DNA from: Rikenellaceae bacterium
Lineage (GTDB): Bacteria; Bacteroidota; Bacteroidia; Bacteroidales; Rikenellaceae
NCBI GenBank assembly: GCA_036653215.1
Contig: JAVVUK010000004.1
Location: 1-45,355, forward strand
DNA length: 45,355 nt
Reading direction: 5' to 3'
A model generated the notes under the pieces. That model was not told where the DNA came from, did no database searches, and was given only the letters and a program-made list of their open reading frames with translations. Shown here one piece after another: positions 33,687 through 43,675 of this stretch. Made by a program: the position numbers and the translations under genes. Numbering within the stretch: the stretch's first letter is position 1; each line of letters opens with the position of its first letter.

Positions 33687-34905
33687 TTTACTTCTTATAC
33701 TTGGTAAATTTGGCGTTACAGTAGCTTCTGTTTTTAATAAGAAGGCTGCCCTTTGGTGTAAAGGTCAAAAGGGACTTCTTGAAAACGTGGAGAGTTCTAT
33801 GAGAGGTGTTGAGGGTAATGTCGTTTGGTTTCACTGTGCCTCTTTAGGCGAATTTGAACAGGGAAGACCTCTTATAGAGGATTGGAAAGATAAAAACCCG
33901 GCAGACTCAATAGTTCTTACCTTTTTCTCTCCTTCGGGATATGAGGTGCGTAAAAACTATAAAGGTGCAGACCATGTTTTCTATTTGCCTTTGGATATAA
34001 GCTATAACGCAAGGGCTTTTGTGAGGGCTATAAATCCCAAATGTGCCATATTTATAAAATATGAATATTGGAATAATTATACCAAAGAACTTCAGAAAAT
34101 AGGAGCTAAGAGTTATGTGGTGTCTGCTATTTTCCGAGAGAACGATACTTTCTTCCGTCCTTGGGGGGGCTTATATGCAAATATATTACGTCGATATGAT
34201 CGTCTGTTTCTTCAAAATGAGAGTTCTCGTGAGTTGCTTCATAAAATAGGTATCGATAACACTACCGTCTGTGGAGATACTCGTTTCGATAGGGTTGCGA
34301 ACTTAGAGAAAAGTATTAAAATAATTCCTAAGGTTGAGGCGTTTACTGCAAATGAAGATGTCTTTATTGTGGGCAGTTCGTGGCCTAAAGATGATGAGAT
34401 TACAATAGACCTTATTGGGCTGTTCCCAAAGATGAAATTTATTATTGTTCCACATGAAATAGATGAGGCTAAGATAGTTTCTATTGTCGATAGATGCGAG
34501 GCTTTAGGTCGTAAGACAGTGAGATATAGCAAAGATGAAGATTTAGGAGTTTGTGCCGATGCTTCGGTCATGGTTATCGATGTTATAGGCGTTCTTTCTT
34601 CTACATATCACTATTGTAAATATGCTTATATTGGAGGAGGATTTGGTGTGGGGATCCACAACACCTTAGAGGCTGCTACTTTTGGTCTTCCTATTATTTT
34701 TGGACCAAACTATAAACGTTTTGACGAGGCGATAGGACTTGTTGATAACCAAATAGCAACTCCAATTGCCTCTGTTGAAGAGGCGCACAAGTGGCTTGCC
34801 GAGATGAGCGAAGATGGTGAATTATATAAAAAGACATCTGCGGCGGCAAAGATGTTCGTTTCGCAAAATAGTGGTGCTACAAAGGAAATTTTAAGACATA
34901 TATAG
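33676..34905 (+). CDS. waaA: 3-deoxy-D-manno-octulosonic acid (Kdo) transferase
   Basis: About 409 aa from MLYDLL. WFHCASLGEFEQGRPLIE is typical of WaaA/KdtA. The start overlaps the mrp stop by 11 nt. Confidence 0.85.
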   Translation: MLYDLLLILGKFGVTVASVFNKKAALWCKGQKGLLENVESSMRGVEGNVVWFHCASLGEFEQGRPLIEDWKDKNPADSIVLTFFSPSGYEVRKNYKGADHVFYLPLDISYNARAFVRAINPKCAIFIKYEYWNNYTKELQKIGAKSYVVSAIFRENDTFFRPWGGLYANILRRYDRLFLQNESSRELLHKIGIDNTTVCGDTRFDRVANLEKSIKIIPKVEAFTANEDVFIVGSSWPKDDEITIDLIGLFPKMKFIIVPHEIDEAKIVSIVDRCEALGRKTVRYSKDEDLGVCADASVMVIDVIGVLSSTYHYCKYAYIGGGFGVGIHNTLEAATFGLPIIFGPNYKRFDEAIGLVDNQIATPIASVEEAHKWLAEMSEDGELYKKTSAAAKMFVSQNSGATKEILRHI

Positions 34906-34934
34906 AAGGGTAAAATTATATTATTCTAATTGCT

Positions 34935-35558
34935 ATGAAAAAGGTATTTGTGTTATTATGTGTGTTGCTTTCTCTTCCGTCAATGGCTCAAGTTGTTGAA
35001 GACGGAGGATTTAAAGATGTTGTGAGAAATAGAGATAAAGAGCGAACCATTGAGCCTACATATTATAATGCAGTTATCCTTCAAGCGGGTTACTCTTTGT
35101 TTAACAACGACATAGGGAAATATGGTTATAACATAAGTTTGGAATATGACTACTACTTCTCGCATAACATATACGCCATAGGGACATATTACTATGCCTA
35201 TTCGAGTAATAGTGTTCAATATAAAGAGACTAAAGAAGACCTTCATGGTGGTATGCAAGAGCATATTTTAGCTGTTGGATTTGGCTATGATGTATTGAAA
35301 GTCAATGGTCACCGCATATACGGATCGTTGTCTGTGGGTGTGGGACATCAAGATTACACATACGACATTGCCGCTTCGGAGTTTCCTTTTAAAAAGCAAG
35401 AGATAAAAGAGGGTGGTTGGGATGTTGCTTATTTCCCAAGTGCAGGATATGGATATTCTTTTGTTCCAAATCTTGAAATAGGACTAAACTGGGGAGGTTA
35501 CTTCCTAAAACGTTATTGGGCTAATAGTTTTAATATACGTGTAGCATACCGCTTTTAG
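34935..35558 (+). CDS. small outer-membrane beta-barrel protein (hypothetical)
   Basis: 207 aa. Signal peptide (LSLPSMAQ). Alternating aromatic/Gly-rich strands. C-terminal ...RVAYRF ends in Phe, as is typical of OMPs. Confidence 0.55.
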   Translation: MKKVFVLLCVLLSLPSMAQVVEDGGFKDVVRNRDKERTIEPTYYNAVILQAGYSLFNNDIGKYGYNISLEYDYYFSHNIYAIGTYYYAYSSNSVQYKETKEDLHGGMQEHILAVGFGYDVLKVNGHRIYGSLSVGVGHQDYTYDIAASEFPFKKQEIKEGGWDVAYFPSAGYGYSFVPNLEIGLNWGGYFLKRYWANSFNIRVAYRF

Positions 35559-35585
35559 AGGATGCGTAAAAATGTTAATAGATAA

Positions 35586-37379
35586 ATGATAAGAAAATAC
35601 CTTTTGTTATGTGTGGCGATCTCTTTCGCCTTTGTGGTTTATGGTCAAGAAGAGCAAGGCACAAGAAATAGCTTTCTGACGCATTCCGCTTTTTACAGTT
35701 ATCCAACAGAGAGTGCGGCACTTGGTGATGTAAGAAAGACAAATCCCAAATATATAGAAGTCACTACTTGGAGTTACCTCACGCTAAAAGATAAATCCAA
35801 ATTTACTAAATCATTGCTATATGGCAGTATAGACACTCTTGTTTGGAAAAGTGTTCCACGTGTAAACAAGGCTTCGATAGCTTCTGATGATAAGATTGTG
35901 GTATATAGGGCTGAGATTACTCTTAAAAAATATGCTGTCTTTCGTGAGGTCTATATGAGTGTTGGTGCGGCGGCTTCAAGCAGCACCATCTATGTAAACG
36001 GGCGTGAAGTAGGAGGGTCTTACGACTCTAAAGCCACAATAGAATATGACATTACAGAATATCTCAATGAGGGACTTAACAATGTGGCTGTCGTATGCTC
36101 GGCAGATGCTTCTTCGATAGAGGCAAGCAGCCGTTTAGGAATTGCTTCAGAGATAGATATCTACTCTAAAAATAAGGTACATATCTTAAATATATCTTAT
36201 GTTCCGACTTTCCCATCAAGTGGAGATAAAGCTCTTTTAGAGGTGCAGATGACCCTTAAGAGTCATCTATTAAATAAAAAGGCATTTCGCATTGAGTATA
36301 AACTCTTGTCTCAAGATGGTGAAGTTATCTCTCGTAGTTTCATAGATTCAGATATAGATATGCGTTCATCACGCAATTTCCCTTTTCTCTCTACCATAAA
36401 AGATCCTAAATTATGGAGTCCTTCTTCGCCATACCTATATACTATGTTGTTTACCTTAACACAAGAAGGTCGTGTGACAGAGGTGGTGCGTCAAGATGTC
36501 GGGTTGCGTGATTACGCCTCAAATAAAGACCATATAGTTGCTGTTACTTTAACTCCAAATATCTCATATAACAAAGAAGAGGCACAGGCAGAGGCAGACC
36601 TAATTAGAAGTGTTGGCATAAATACGATAATATCAAAATCACCGATGAATGACACTTATCTTACCGCTTGTGATAAGGCTGGTTTATATGTGGTAGATAT
36701 GGTAAATATAGACAATTCTAAAAGTGGAAATTCTCTTCTTGTTGGAGGTTCGTTTGCCAATGATCCACGATGGTTGGAGAACCATAAAGAAAGGGTTGAA
36801 CATCAACTTCTGCAACACGCCAATCATACTTCTCTTGCTGCTTGGCAACTTGTGGGTGGTGGTGCAAACGGATATAATATATACGAGTCTTATCTCCATG
36901 CTAAAGATCTTGAAAAAAGAGTTCCTATACTGAATAGCTCTGCTGCTGGAGAATGGAACAGCGATAGTGCAGCGTCTCTCTTCGGAGGTGTTGTAGGTGC
37001 TTGGGTGAAGGGTGATATGTTAAATATGGAGGGTGCTTTATCTGAAAAGTCATATAAAATGATGGATACCCAATCTTCTGTATATGTAAGGGCGGAAGAC
37101 CTTACGAAAGGAAGTTTTAGAATTACAAACAACAACGCCGAGCCTTTGGGGGTCGGCGAGGTGACATATAAGATGTCGGTAAATGATATCCTTATTCGTG
37201 AGGGCGTTGTGGAAGACCTTGTGAAGGCAAATAGCTTTATAATCTATACCATAGCTCACTACAAAGATATCCCTCTTCCTATTCAGATAAAGCATTCACA
37301 GCAATTACGCTTTGGAAAGACCTTTAAAATAGAGATCTTCTATAAAGGAGCATTAGTGTATAGCGTTAAGGTACAGTAA
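35586..37379 (+). CDS. secreted glycoside hydrolase family 2 (LacZ-like) homologue with degenerate catalytic centre
   Basis: 597 aa. Signal peptide. Collinear with LacZ motifs as I remember them (PKLWSPSSPYLY, CDKAGLYVVDMVNID, NDPRWL, NHTSLAAWQLVGGGANG). The catalytic positions are substituted and the barrel is shortened. Confidence 0.65.
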   Translation: MIRKYLLLCVAISFAFVVYGQEEQGTRNSFLTHSAFYSYPTESAALGDVRKTNPKYIEVTTWSYLTLKDKSKFTKSLLYGSIDTLVWKSVPRVNKASIASDDKIVVYRAEITLKKYAVFREVYMSVGAAASSSTIYVNGREVGGSYDSKATIEYDITEYLNEGLNNVAVVCSADASSIEASSRLGIASEIDIYSKNKVHILNISYVPTFPSSGDKALLEVQMTLKSHLLNKKAFRIEYKLLSQDGEVISRSFIDSDIDMRSSRNFPFLSTIKDPKLWSPSSPYLYTMLFTLTQEGRVTEVVRQDVGLRDYASNKDHIVAVTLTPNISYNKEEAQAEADLIRSVGINTIISKSPMNDTYLTACDKAGLYVVDMVNIDNSKSGNSLLVGGSFANDPRWLENHKERVEHQLLQHANHTSLAAWQLVGGGANGYNIYESYLHAKDLEKRVPILNSSAAGEWNSDSAASLFGGVVGAWVKGDMLNMEGALSEKSYKMMDTQSSVYVRAEDLTKGSFRITNNNAEPLGVGEVTYKMSVNDILIREGVVEDLVKANSFIIYTIAHYKDIPLPIQIKHSQQLRFGKTFKIEIFYKGALVYSVKVQ

Positions 37380-38961
37380 CCGATTGGTTAGGCATATTAT
37401 AATTTTCGGGGATCTCAATCCAGAATTTTGATCCTTTACCAAACTCTGACACGACCCCTATCTCACCGCCTAAACGTGAGGCGATAGTCTCACATATAGA
37501 AAGCCCTAAGCCTGTGCCTTGTATAAAATCGTTAAGCTTAACAAAACGATCAAATATCTTAGTTATATTTTCTTCTTTGATGCCGATGCCTGTGTCTTGA
37601 ACATATAGACATACATTCCCATTGTCTTGTCTTTTACAACCGAGACTTATCGATCCTTTTGATGTAAATTTAACAGCGTTATTTAGGAAATTAGAAAGTA
37701 CCTGCGATATTCTGTTTATGTCGGAGGTTAGTGTTATATCGGGATCTATCTTATCTACTAATATCTCAACACCTTCGTGCGCCTTTAGTGCGGTAGACAT
37801 AGAAAGACCTTTTAACAAGTTCGGAATGTCTATCTCTGTAAAGGTAAAGTTGATCTTGTCAGCTTCAATTTTAGATAAGTCAAGTATGTCGTTTATTATA
37901 TTGAGCAGTAGATTGTTATTTTGTTCTATGAGCTTGATGTATTCTGCCGCTTCTTCTTTGTCGTCAGTGGAGGCAACGAGTCCTGAAAAGCCGACAATTG
38001 CATTAAGTGGAGTGCGTATTTCATGGCTCATGTTCGATATGAACGCCGATTTTAAGATGTTAGATTCTTCGGCCTTCTTACGCAACCTTATCAGCTCATT
38101 CATGGCGTTAACCTCTTTGGTGATGTTCTTTTGCGATCCTATGATGGTTTTTACATTGCCTTCACTGTCATATTCATTTGGCACAGCGTGAATGTTAGCC
38201 CATATCTTCTCGTTATACTTCGTTGTTGATCGAACGGTAAATTCGCAATGAGAAGACTCTTTATTGATGATTTTGTTAAAGGCGTATAAAACTTTATTTC
38301 GGTCTTCCTTGTCAACAAGTTTGTTTAGTAATTCATCGTAATATGTAGATCCATAGATAACATCATTGTCAATCATAGAGTTGAATAGCTTTGTCTCAAC
38401 GTCATAAGACCATGAAGTTAGTCCTCCGGCATTAAGGGCTACCTCAATTTCGTTTTGTTTCTTTTTCATCATTCCGTGTATCTTTTCGGTAGACTTTGTA
38501 ATATCACGAACTATACACAAGATGTAACTATTGTCTAAAGGTTTAGTTGTCGCTTCTAAATATGCGTCACCTATCATATAACGAAATGTCTCGGTTTGTT
38601 TGTTAACGATTATGCGGTCAAGAACATCGTTCAATATCGAGCAGGCTTGTTGGAACGGAGAGTTGATATCATTGGTAAAAACGGTTATGTTTTTACCAAT
38701 GATATCATTCTTCGAAAAACCAAACATCGCCGCAGGAGTAATGTTTATTATGTCTATTATATATTTGTCATTGTTAAGCACAAATATAGAACCAGGAAGA
38801 GCAGAAATTAGTTTGTCGTCAAATTTGAGGTGTGCGATATCCTTCTTGTGTTTTAGAATAAGATATACACATATGACAATTGAAAGGCAAAGTAATATAA
38901 TAATGGTTATCATGATTTTTGCACTATTTCTAAGTATCTCATGGATGGCGATTTTTGCCAT
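37366..38961 (-). CDS. PAS-domain sensor histidine kinase (no receiver domain, no adjacent response regulator)
   Basis: 531 aa. N-terminal TM helix and two PAS-like segments. H-box SHEIRTPLNAI plus N, G1 and G2 boxes (NAVKFT, DTGIGI, GTGLGLS). The 3' end overlaps the convergent GH2-like CDS by 14 nt. Confidence 0.85.
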   Translation of the reverse strand: MAKIAIHEILRNSAKIMITIIILLCLSIVICVYLILKHKKDIAHLKFDDKLISALPGSIFVLNNDKYIIDIINITPAAMFGFSKNDIIGKNITVFTNDINSPFQQACSILNDVLDRIIVNKQTETFRYMIGDAYLEATTKPLDNSYILCIVRDITKSTEKIHGMMKKKQNEIEVALNAGGLTSWSYDVETKLFNSMIDNDVIYGSTYYDELLNKLVDKEDRNKVLYAFNKIINKESSHCEFTVRSTTKYNEKIWANIHAVPNEYDSEGNVKTIIGSQKNITKEVNAMNELIRLRKKAEESNILKSAFISNMSHEIRTPLNAIVGFSGLVASTDDKEEAAEYIKLIEQNNNLLLNIINDILDLSKIEADKINFTFTEIDIPNLLKGLSMSTALKAHEGVEILVDKIDPDITLTSDINRISQVLSNFLNNAVKFTSKGSISLGCKRQDNGNVCLYVQDTGIGIKEENITKIFDRFVKLNDFIQGTGLGLSICETIASRLGGEIGVVSEFGKGSKFWIEIPENYNMPNQSVTVP

Positions 38962-38978
38962 CCATGAGTCTTATGTAT

Positions 38979-40364
38979 TTAAAATTGACGCAATTTCTCA
39001 ACATCTTCAACCGACTTAGGAATAGGCTTTCCAAGTAGGCGAGATCCTTCGGGAGTGATAAGAAAATCTTCTTCGTTACGACATCCGCTAAAGCCTTTAT
39101 ATTTCTCTATGGCATCGTAATTTAAAAATTCGGTGAATTTCTTTTCGGCTCTCCATTTGTCGATAAGCTCAGGGATAAAATAGATACCAGGTTCTATGGT
39201 AAGGACAAAACCAGGTTCCAACTCACGAGCAAGACGAAGCGATTTGTATCCAAATACAGTGCTCTTTGGTTTACCGTCATATCCTACCCATACCTCACCT
39301 AAGTTTTCCATGTCGTGAACGTCCATACCCATCATATGTCCAAGTCCGCAAGGGAAAAATAGAGCGTGAGCCCCTTGTTCTACTGCCTCGTGGGTGTCTC
39401 CTTTTGTTAATCCTAAAGCTTTAAGTCCGTCGAAAATTGTGCTGCAAGCGTGTTTATGAACATCGACAAACTTAGTGCCCGGACGCAACATATCAATAGC
39501 GTTGTTGTGTGCTGCAAGAGCAATTTCATAGATTTCTCTCTGGCGAGTAGTGAATTTGTGTCCGACAGGGAAAGTAGAAGACATATCTCCTGAATATCCG
39601 TTTTTGTTAAGTGCTCCACAGTCTATAAGGAGCATCTGACCTTCTTTTATGACGTTGCTATGATTGTGGTTATGAAGTGTTTGTCCGTTTATTGTTGCAA
39701 TGATAGGGAAAGAAAGTTCTCCGTCTGCGGCAATGGCAACTCTATGTGCTGCTGCTGCAACTTCTGCTTCTATCATTCCTGGACGAGCCGCTTTCATAGC
39801 AGCAATGTGCATATCAGCGGTTATGTTACAAGCATCTTCGATCTCAAGTATCTCTTCTGCACTCTTATGGTTACGTTGTGCTACAACAGCCTTAATAAAA
39901 TCAAGAGACACTGCCTTTTCTTGATCTTGAGGTGCTATGCCAAGAAGATTTAAAAGGGTTACGTTATGCTCTGCACGATATGGAGGTAAGAAATGGATCT
40001 TGCGACCTTGTTTTTGTGCTTTTTTTAGATATTCGGCAAGTTTTTCTGTCGGAGCAGTCTCTTTAACACCAACTAAAGAAGCGTTATGGTCTATAGTAGG
40101 GAGTGTTCCCATCCATACGATGTCATCAATGGTAAGTTCATTGCCAAAGATGATCTCACGATCTTCGTCTATATCTATAATAGAGGTGAGATTAGCTTGT
40201 TTTAATCCGAAAAAATAATTGAATGAAGCGTCTTGATAATAAGGAAAAGTATTGTCAAGGTAGTTCATGCCGACCTCATTGTTACCTAAAAATAATAGTA
40301 TGCCACTTCCGACATCCTTTTTTAGACGTGCACGTCTGTTTACGTAAGTCTCTTTTTTAAACAT
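38979..40364 (-). CDS. pepP: Xaa-Pro aminopeptidase (M24B, aminopeptidase P family)
   Basis: 461 aa. N-terminal AMP_N-like domain. Pita-bread fold motifs (LLIDCGA...GYSGDMSSTFP, HGLGHMMGMDVHD, VLTIEPGIY, GCRNEEDF). Confidence 0.85.
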   Translation of the reverse strand: MFKKETYVNRRARLKKDVGSGILLFLGNNEVGMNYLDNTFPYYQDASFNYFFGLKQANLTSIIDIDEDREIIFGNELTIDDIVWMGTLPTIDHNASLVGVKETAPTEKLAEYLKKAQKQGRKIHFLPPYRAEHNVTLLNLLGIAPQDQEKAVSLDFIKAVVAQRNHKSAEEILEIEDACNITADMHIAAMKAARPGMIEAEVAAAAHRVAIAADGELSFPIIATINGQTLHNHNHSNVIKEGQMLLIDCGALNKNGYSGDMSSTFPVGHKFTTRQREIYEIALAAHNNAIDMLRPGTKFVDVHKHACSTIFDGLKALGLTKGDTHEAVEQGAHALFFPCGLGHMMGMDVHDMENLGEVWVGYDGKPKSTVFGYKSLRLARELEPGFVLTIEPGIYFIPELIDKWRAEKKFTEFLNYDAIEKYKGFSGCRNEEDFLITPEGSRLLGKPIPKSVEDVEKLRQF

Positions 40365-40402
40365 AACATTGTTTTTTTAGTTTCTATACAAGAAACGGGT
40401 TC

Positions 40403-40933
40403 TTATTTTCTGTCAAAATATGGGCTCTTGCCACTACAGCTAAGAGGTATTGCCAATATATTTCTACAATTACTAAGTAAGTCTAAATCTCGTGCTGCCA
40501 CTCCAGCGGAATACATAACACGACAATCGACTCTGTTATCTGCTGCCACAGACACTGCCGATCCTACTGCTATGCCTTGATTTATGAAGATAAACGAACA
40601 TGGCGTTGTGGGATGTGTGTTTTCTCTTTCTTGACAGGTCGGATAGCCACATTGTCCACAATTTAGTTTCTGGTCTATCTGTTTTGCTCCGACAAGCACT
40701 ACGCAAGCAGAATTTTCTATATTTTCAGCGTCACGTAGAAAAAAAGAAAGCCCCTGTTCTTTGCCAATATCCCTCATTCGTGCGGCTAATCGGCGAACTG
40801 TGATGCCGCTAATTACGCCAGTTTCGATGTTGTCTACTCCTTTTGCTTTCGGAGCAGTACGTATTGCCGTCATCATGGCTTTTGCTACACAAAGAATTTG
40901 TTCTTCTCTGGTATTTTCTTCAAAAAGTATCAT
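40403..40933 (-). CDS. DUF2148-like ferredoxin-domain protein
   Basis: 176 aa. N-terminal AIRTAPKAKGVDNI motif and a CGQCGYPTC Cys cluster. The family name is from memory. Confidence 0.5.
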   Translation of the reverse strand: MILFEENTREEQILCVAKAMMTAIRTAPKAKGVDNIETGVISGITVRRLAARMRDIGKEQGLSFFLRDAENIENSACVVLVGAKQIDQKLNCGQCGYPTCQERENTHPTTPCSFIFINQGIAVGSAVSVAADNRVDCRVMYSAGVAARDLDLLSNCRNILAIPLSCSGKSPYFDRK

Positions 40934-40943
40934 AATTTATTAC

Positions 40944-43673
40944 TTAATATCTATTACCCCTACTCTCTTGTCTGTCAAGGTCTATCATATGTATCTCAAG
41001 AGAAGTGAGGTCTGTAATTATAACGTTACGTGGTTTGCTGCCGTGTTGAGGACCGACAATGCCCGCTTTTTCAAGTTGGTCCATTATGCGTCCTGCACGG
41101 TTAAAGCCTATGGAGAAGTTACGTTGTATTGTCGATGCCGACCCTTGTTGGTTCTGCACCACATAACGAGCGATTTCGTCAAAGCGTACATCTCGTCGTT
41201 GGGTGATGCTTTCACCATATCCGCCATTGTTATTATTTTCTTTCGTGTCTTTTGTCTCAGGCACAAATTCTGGTAATTCGTAAGGCGTAGGATACCCTTG
41301 TTGGCTTCCTATAAATTCGGTGATCTTCTCAACTTCGGGCGTATCCACAAAGGCGCATTGAACACGTGTAAGCTCATTGCTATTTGAGACAAGCATATCT
41401 CCACACCCGATAAGTTGGTTTGCTCCTACATGGTCGAGGATGGTCTTGGAGTCGATAGACGAGGTTACACGGAACGCAATACGTGTTGGGAAGTTCGCCT
41501 TTATGACACCAGTAATAATGTTTACCGTTGGTCTTTGTGTGGCAATGACAAGGTGTATACCGACGGCACGAGCAAGTTGTGCTATACGTGAAATAGGCGT
41601 TTCTATCTCTTTGCCGGCAGTCATAATAAGGTCTGCAAACTCATCTATTATAACTACAAAATAAGGCAAGAAACGGTGTCCTTTATTTGGGTTTAAACGT
41701 CTATTTTTAAACTTCTCGTTATAGTCTTTTATGCGCACCACCTTCGCCATCTTAAGAAGTGAGTAACGTTCGTCCATCTCTATACACAACGAATTTAGGG
41801 TGTGGATGACTTTGTCTGTGTCTGTAATTATCGCCTCGTCAGCATCTGGAAGCTTTGCTAAATAGTGCTTTTCTATATTTTTATAAAGGGCAAGTTCTAC
41901 CTTTTTAGGGTCTACAAGGATAAATTTAAGTTCAGCAGGGTGTTTCTTATATAATAAGGATGTCATGATTACATTTAACCCAACCGACTTGCCTTGACCT
42001 GTTGCTCCGGCAACTAAAAGGTGAGGTGCTTTGGCAAGGTCAAATACATAATCTTCATTTTGTATGGTACGTCCCATGACAATCGGTAATTCTGCCGTAC
42101 TCTCTTGAAACGGTTTTGATTTAAGGACAGAATACATAGATACTATCTCTGTGTTTTTATTAGGCACCTCAATTCCTATTGTTCCCTTGCCTGGCATGGG
42201 AGCAATTATACGGATCCCTAATGCAGAAAGGCTTAGAGCTATGTTGTCCTCAAGGTTTTTAATCTTTGAGATACGAACCCCTGATGCCGGCACAATTTCA
42301 TATAAGGTGACTGTTGGTCCTGCAGTAACACGTATGCTCTCTATGTTGATCCCAAAATCCTTGAGTGTGCTTACTATTCGACGTTTATTTTCGGCCTTCT
42401 CCTCTGCTGAGACGTTTATGAGGACTGCTCTATCGTTAAGCAGGCTTATAGGAGGCAGTTTATAGTTAGACAACTCACGTGTAGGGTCATAGACCTCTTG
42501 TGTTATGTCACTCTCCTCCATCTCGTCGGGGATGTTGTATTTTATCTTAACCCCATCACCATCGGTGACAACGCTGTTTCCTGTTACGGCGATCTCAAAG
42601 TCTACCCCGTCGTCTTCTAAAAGTATAGGTTTTATTATGTCCTCTTCCTTCACCTCATCCTCTTCTCTTGTGGGTACTTCTATCATAGGAATATCGTCTT
42701 CAACCTCTGCTTCGCCTATAATGTCGTTGCTACTGTTGCTAAAAGCACGTATATGCTCTTCCACATCGACATACATATTACGACCTTTGGCTGTCGTCTC
42801 ATTCATAAGTTTCTCTCTTAGGCTTTGGCGTAGCTCTTCCTCTTGGTCATCCTCTTCTTCTTCTTCTATTTCTTCCTCTTCTTCTTTGTTGTCGTCAATA
42901 AACGGATCGTCATCGTCCATAGAGTCTTTGATGATAGGTTTGACTTCTGGCTTTTCCTCCGATGGTTTAAATACTTTGTCAGTCACCGCTTTTGACGATT
43001 TCATAAACAAACCCTCACTTTTAGGAATGCTGTAAAGTATCCAAAGTAGGGTAAGCACGATTGAGGTTATAACAAGTCCTCCAGTGCCAATTGTTTCACG
43101 TCCATATAATAAAAGTGTCGAGCCATAGCCTCCGCCAACGCCTACACCACCGCAAAAAGAATCTTCAAAATAAGAGGCTATAAAGGCGGTTATCACAGGA
43201 AATACGGCAAGGGCAAAGAGGGTTGAAGCACATATCTTACGCACTCCCGGCAGTTTCTTGTTCATGACAAGGATTGTAGAGAACAAAATCAAGAAAGGCA
43301 ATAAAAAGCCCCATATTCCAAACCATTGTCCTATAATAATATCGGCAAGCTTATAGCCCAAAGGACCACAAATGTTGTCTTGAGTTTCCCATGTAAAAAT
43401 ATGAGATGTGGTAGATATTAACGAGAAAACAGATATGGCAAATATGATAAGGAATATTGTTATTTTCCTTGCAGGACTCATCTCTTTTTTCTCTTTTCTC
43501 TTTCGTCCTTTTGTTATTGGAGTTACAGGTTTGCTCTTAGGACTCTCATTCTTTGAGGCAAATAGAAAACTAAAGACCTTGCTTGGAGGGCTCTGTGGCT
43601 TCTTTTTCTTTATGATTTTTTTATGACGTTTCGGCTTGTGGCTTAACGAGATGTCACTCTTTTGTTGGGGCAT
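40944..43673 (-). CDS. ftsK: DNA translocase FtsK
   Basis: 909 aa. Basic N-terminus, TM helices, and an acidic low-complexity linker. Motor domain with Walker A AGATGQGKSV. C-terminal gamma winged helix (ASTIQRNFSIGFNRAGRIMDQLEKAGIVG). Confidence 0.95.
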   Translation of the reverse strand: MPQQKSDISLSHKPKRHKKIIKKKKPQSPPSKVFSFLFASKNESPKSKPVTPITKGRKRKEKKEMSPARKITIFLIIFAISVFSLISTTSHIFTWETQDNICGPLGYKLADIIIGQWFGIWGFLLPFLILFSTILVMNKKLPGVRKICASTLFALAVFPVITAFIASYFEDSFCGGVGVGGGYGSTLLLYGRETIGTGGLVITSIVLTLLWILYSIPKSEGLFMKSSKAVTDKVFKPSEEKPEVKPIIKDSMDDDDPFIDDNKEEEEEIEEEEEDDQEEELRQSLREKLMNETTAKGRNMYVDVEEHIRAFSNSSNDIIGEAEVEDDIPMIEVPTREEDEVKEEDIIKPILLEDDGVDFEIAVTGNSVVTDGDGVKIKYNIPDEMEESDITQEVYDPTRELSNYKLPPISLLNDRAVLINVSAEEKAENKRRIVSTLKDFGINIESIRVTAGPTVTLYEIVPASGVRISKIKNLEDNIALSLSALGIRIIAPMPGKGTIGIEVPNKNTEIVSMYSVLKSKPFQESTAELPIVMGRTIQNEDYVFDLAKAPHLLVAGATGQGKSVGLNVIMTSLLYKKHPAELKFILVDPKKVELALYKNIEKHYLAKLPDADEAIITDTDKVIHTLNSLCIEMDERYSLLKMAKVVRIKDYNEKFKNRRLNPNKGHRFLPYFVVIIDEFADLIMTAGKEIETPISRIAQLARAVGIHLVIATQRPTVNIITGVIKANFPTRIAFRVTSSIDSKTILDHVGANQLIGCGDMLVSNSNELTRVQCAFVDTPEVEKITEFIGSQQGYPTPYELPEFVPETKDTKENNNNGGYGESITQRRDVRFDEIARYVVQNQQGSASTIQRNFSIGFNRAGRIMDQLEKAGIVGPQHGSKPRNVIITDLTSLEIHMIDLDRQESRGNRY

Positions 43674-43675
43674 AT

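Noticed and set aside
37622-38191. 189-aa plus-strand ORF
   Set aside because: It is antisense within the histidine kinase CDS, which has clear H, N, G1 and G2 boxes.
40761-41276. 171-aa plus-strand ORF spanning the DUF2148/ftsK junction
   Set aside because: It is antisense to two well-supported minus-strand genes.
42830-42910. Low-complexity GAA/GAG repeat tract
   Set aside because: It encodes the acidic linker (EEEEEIEEEEEDDQEEE) between the FtsK membrane and motor domains. Such variable linkers are normal for FtsK.
42505-43035. 176-aa Ser-rich plus-strand ORF
   Set aside because: It is the antisense reading of the GAA/GAG-rich acidic linker of ftsK. This is a low-complexity artefact.
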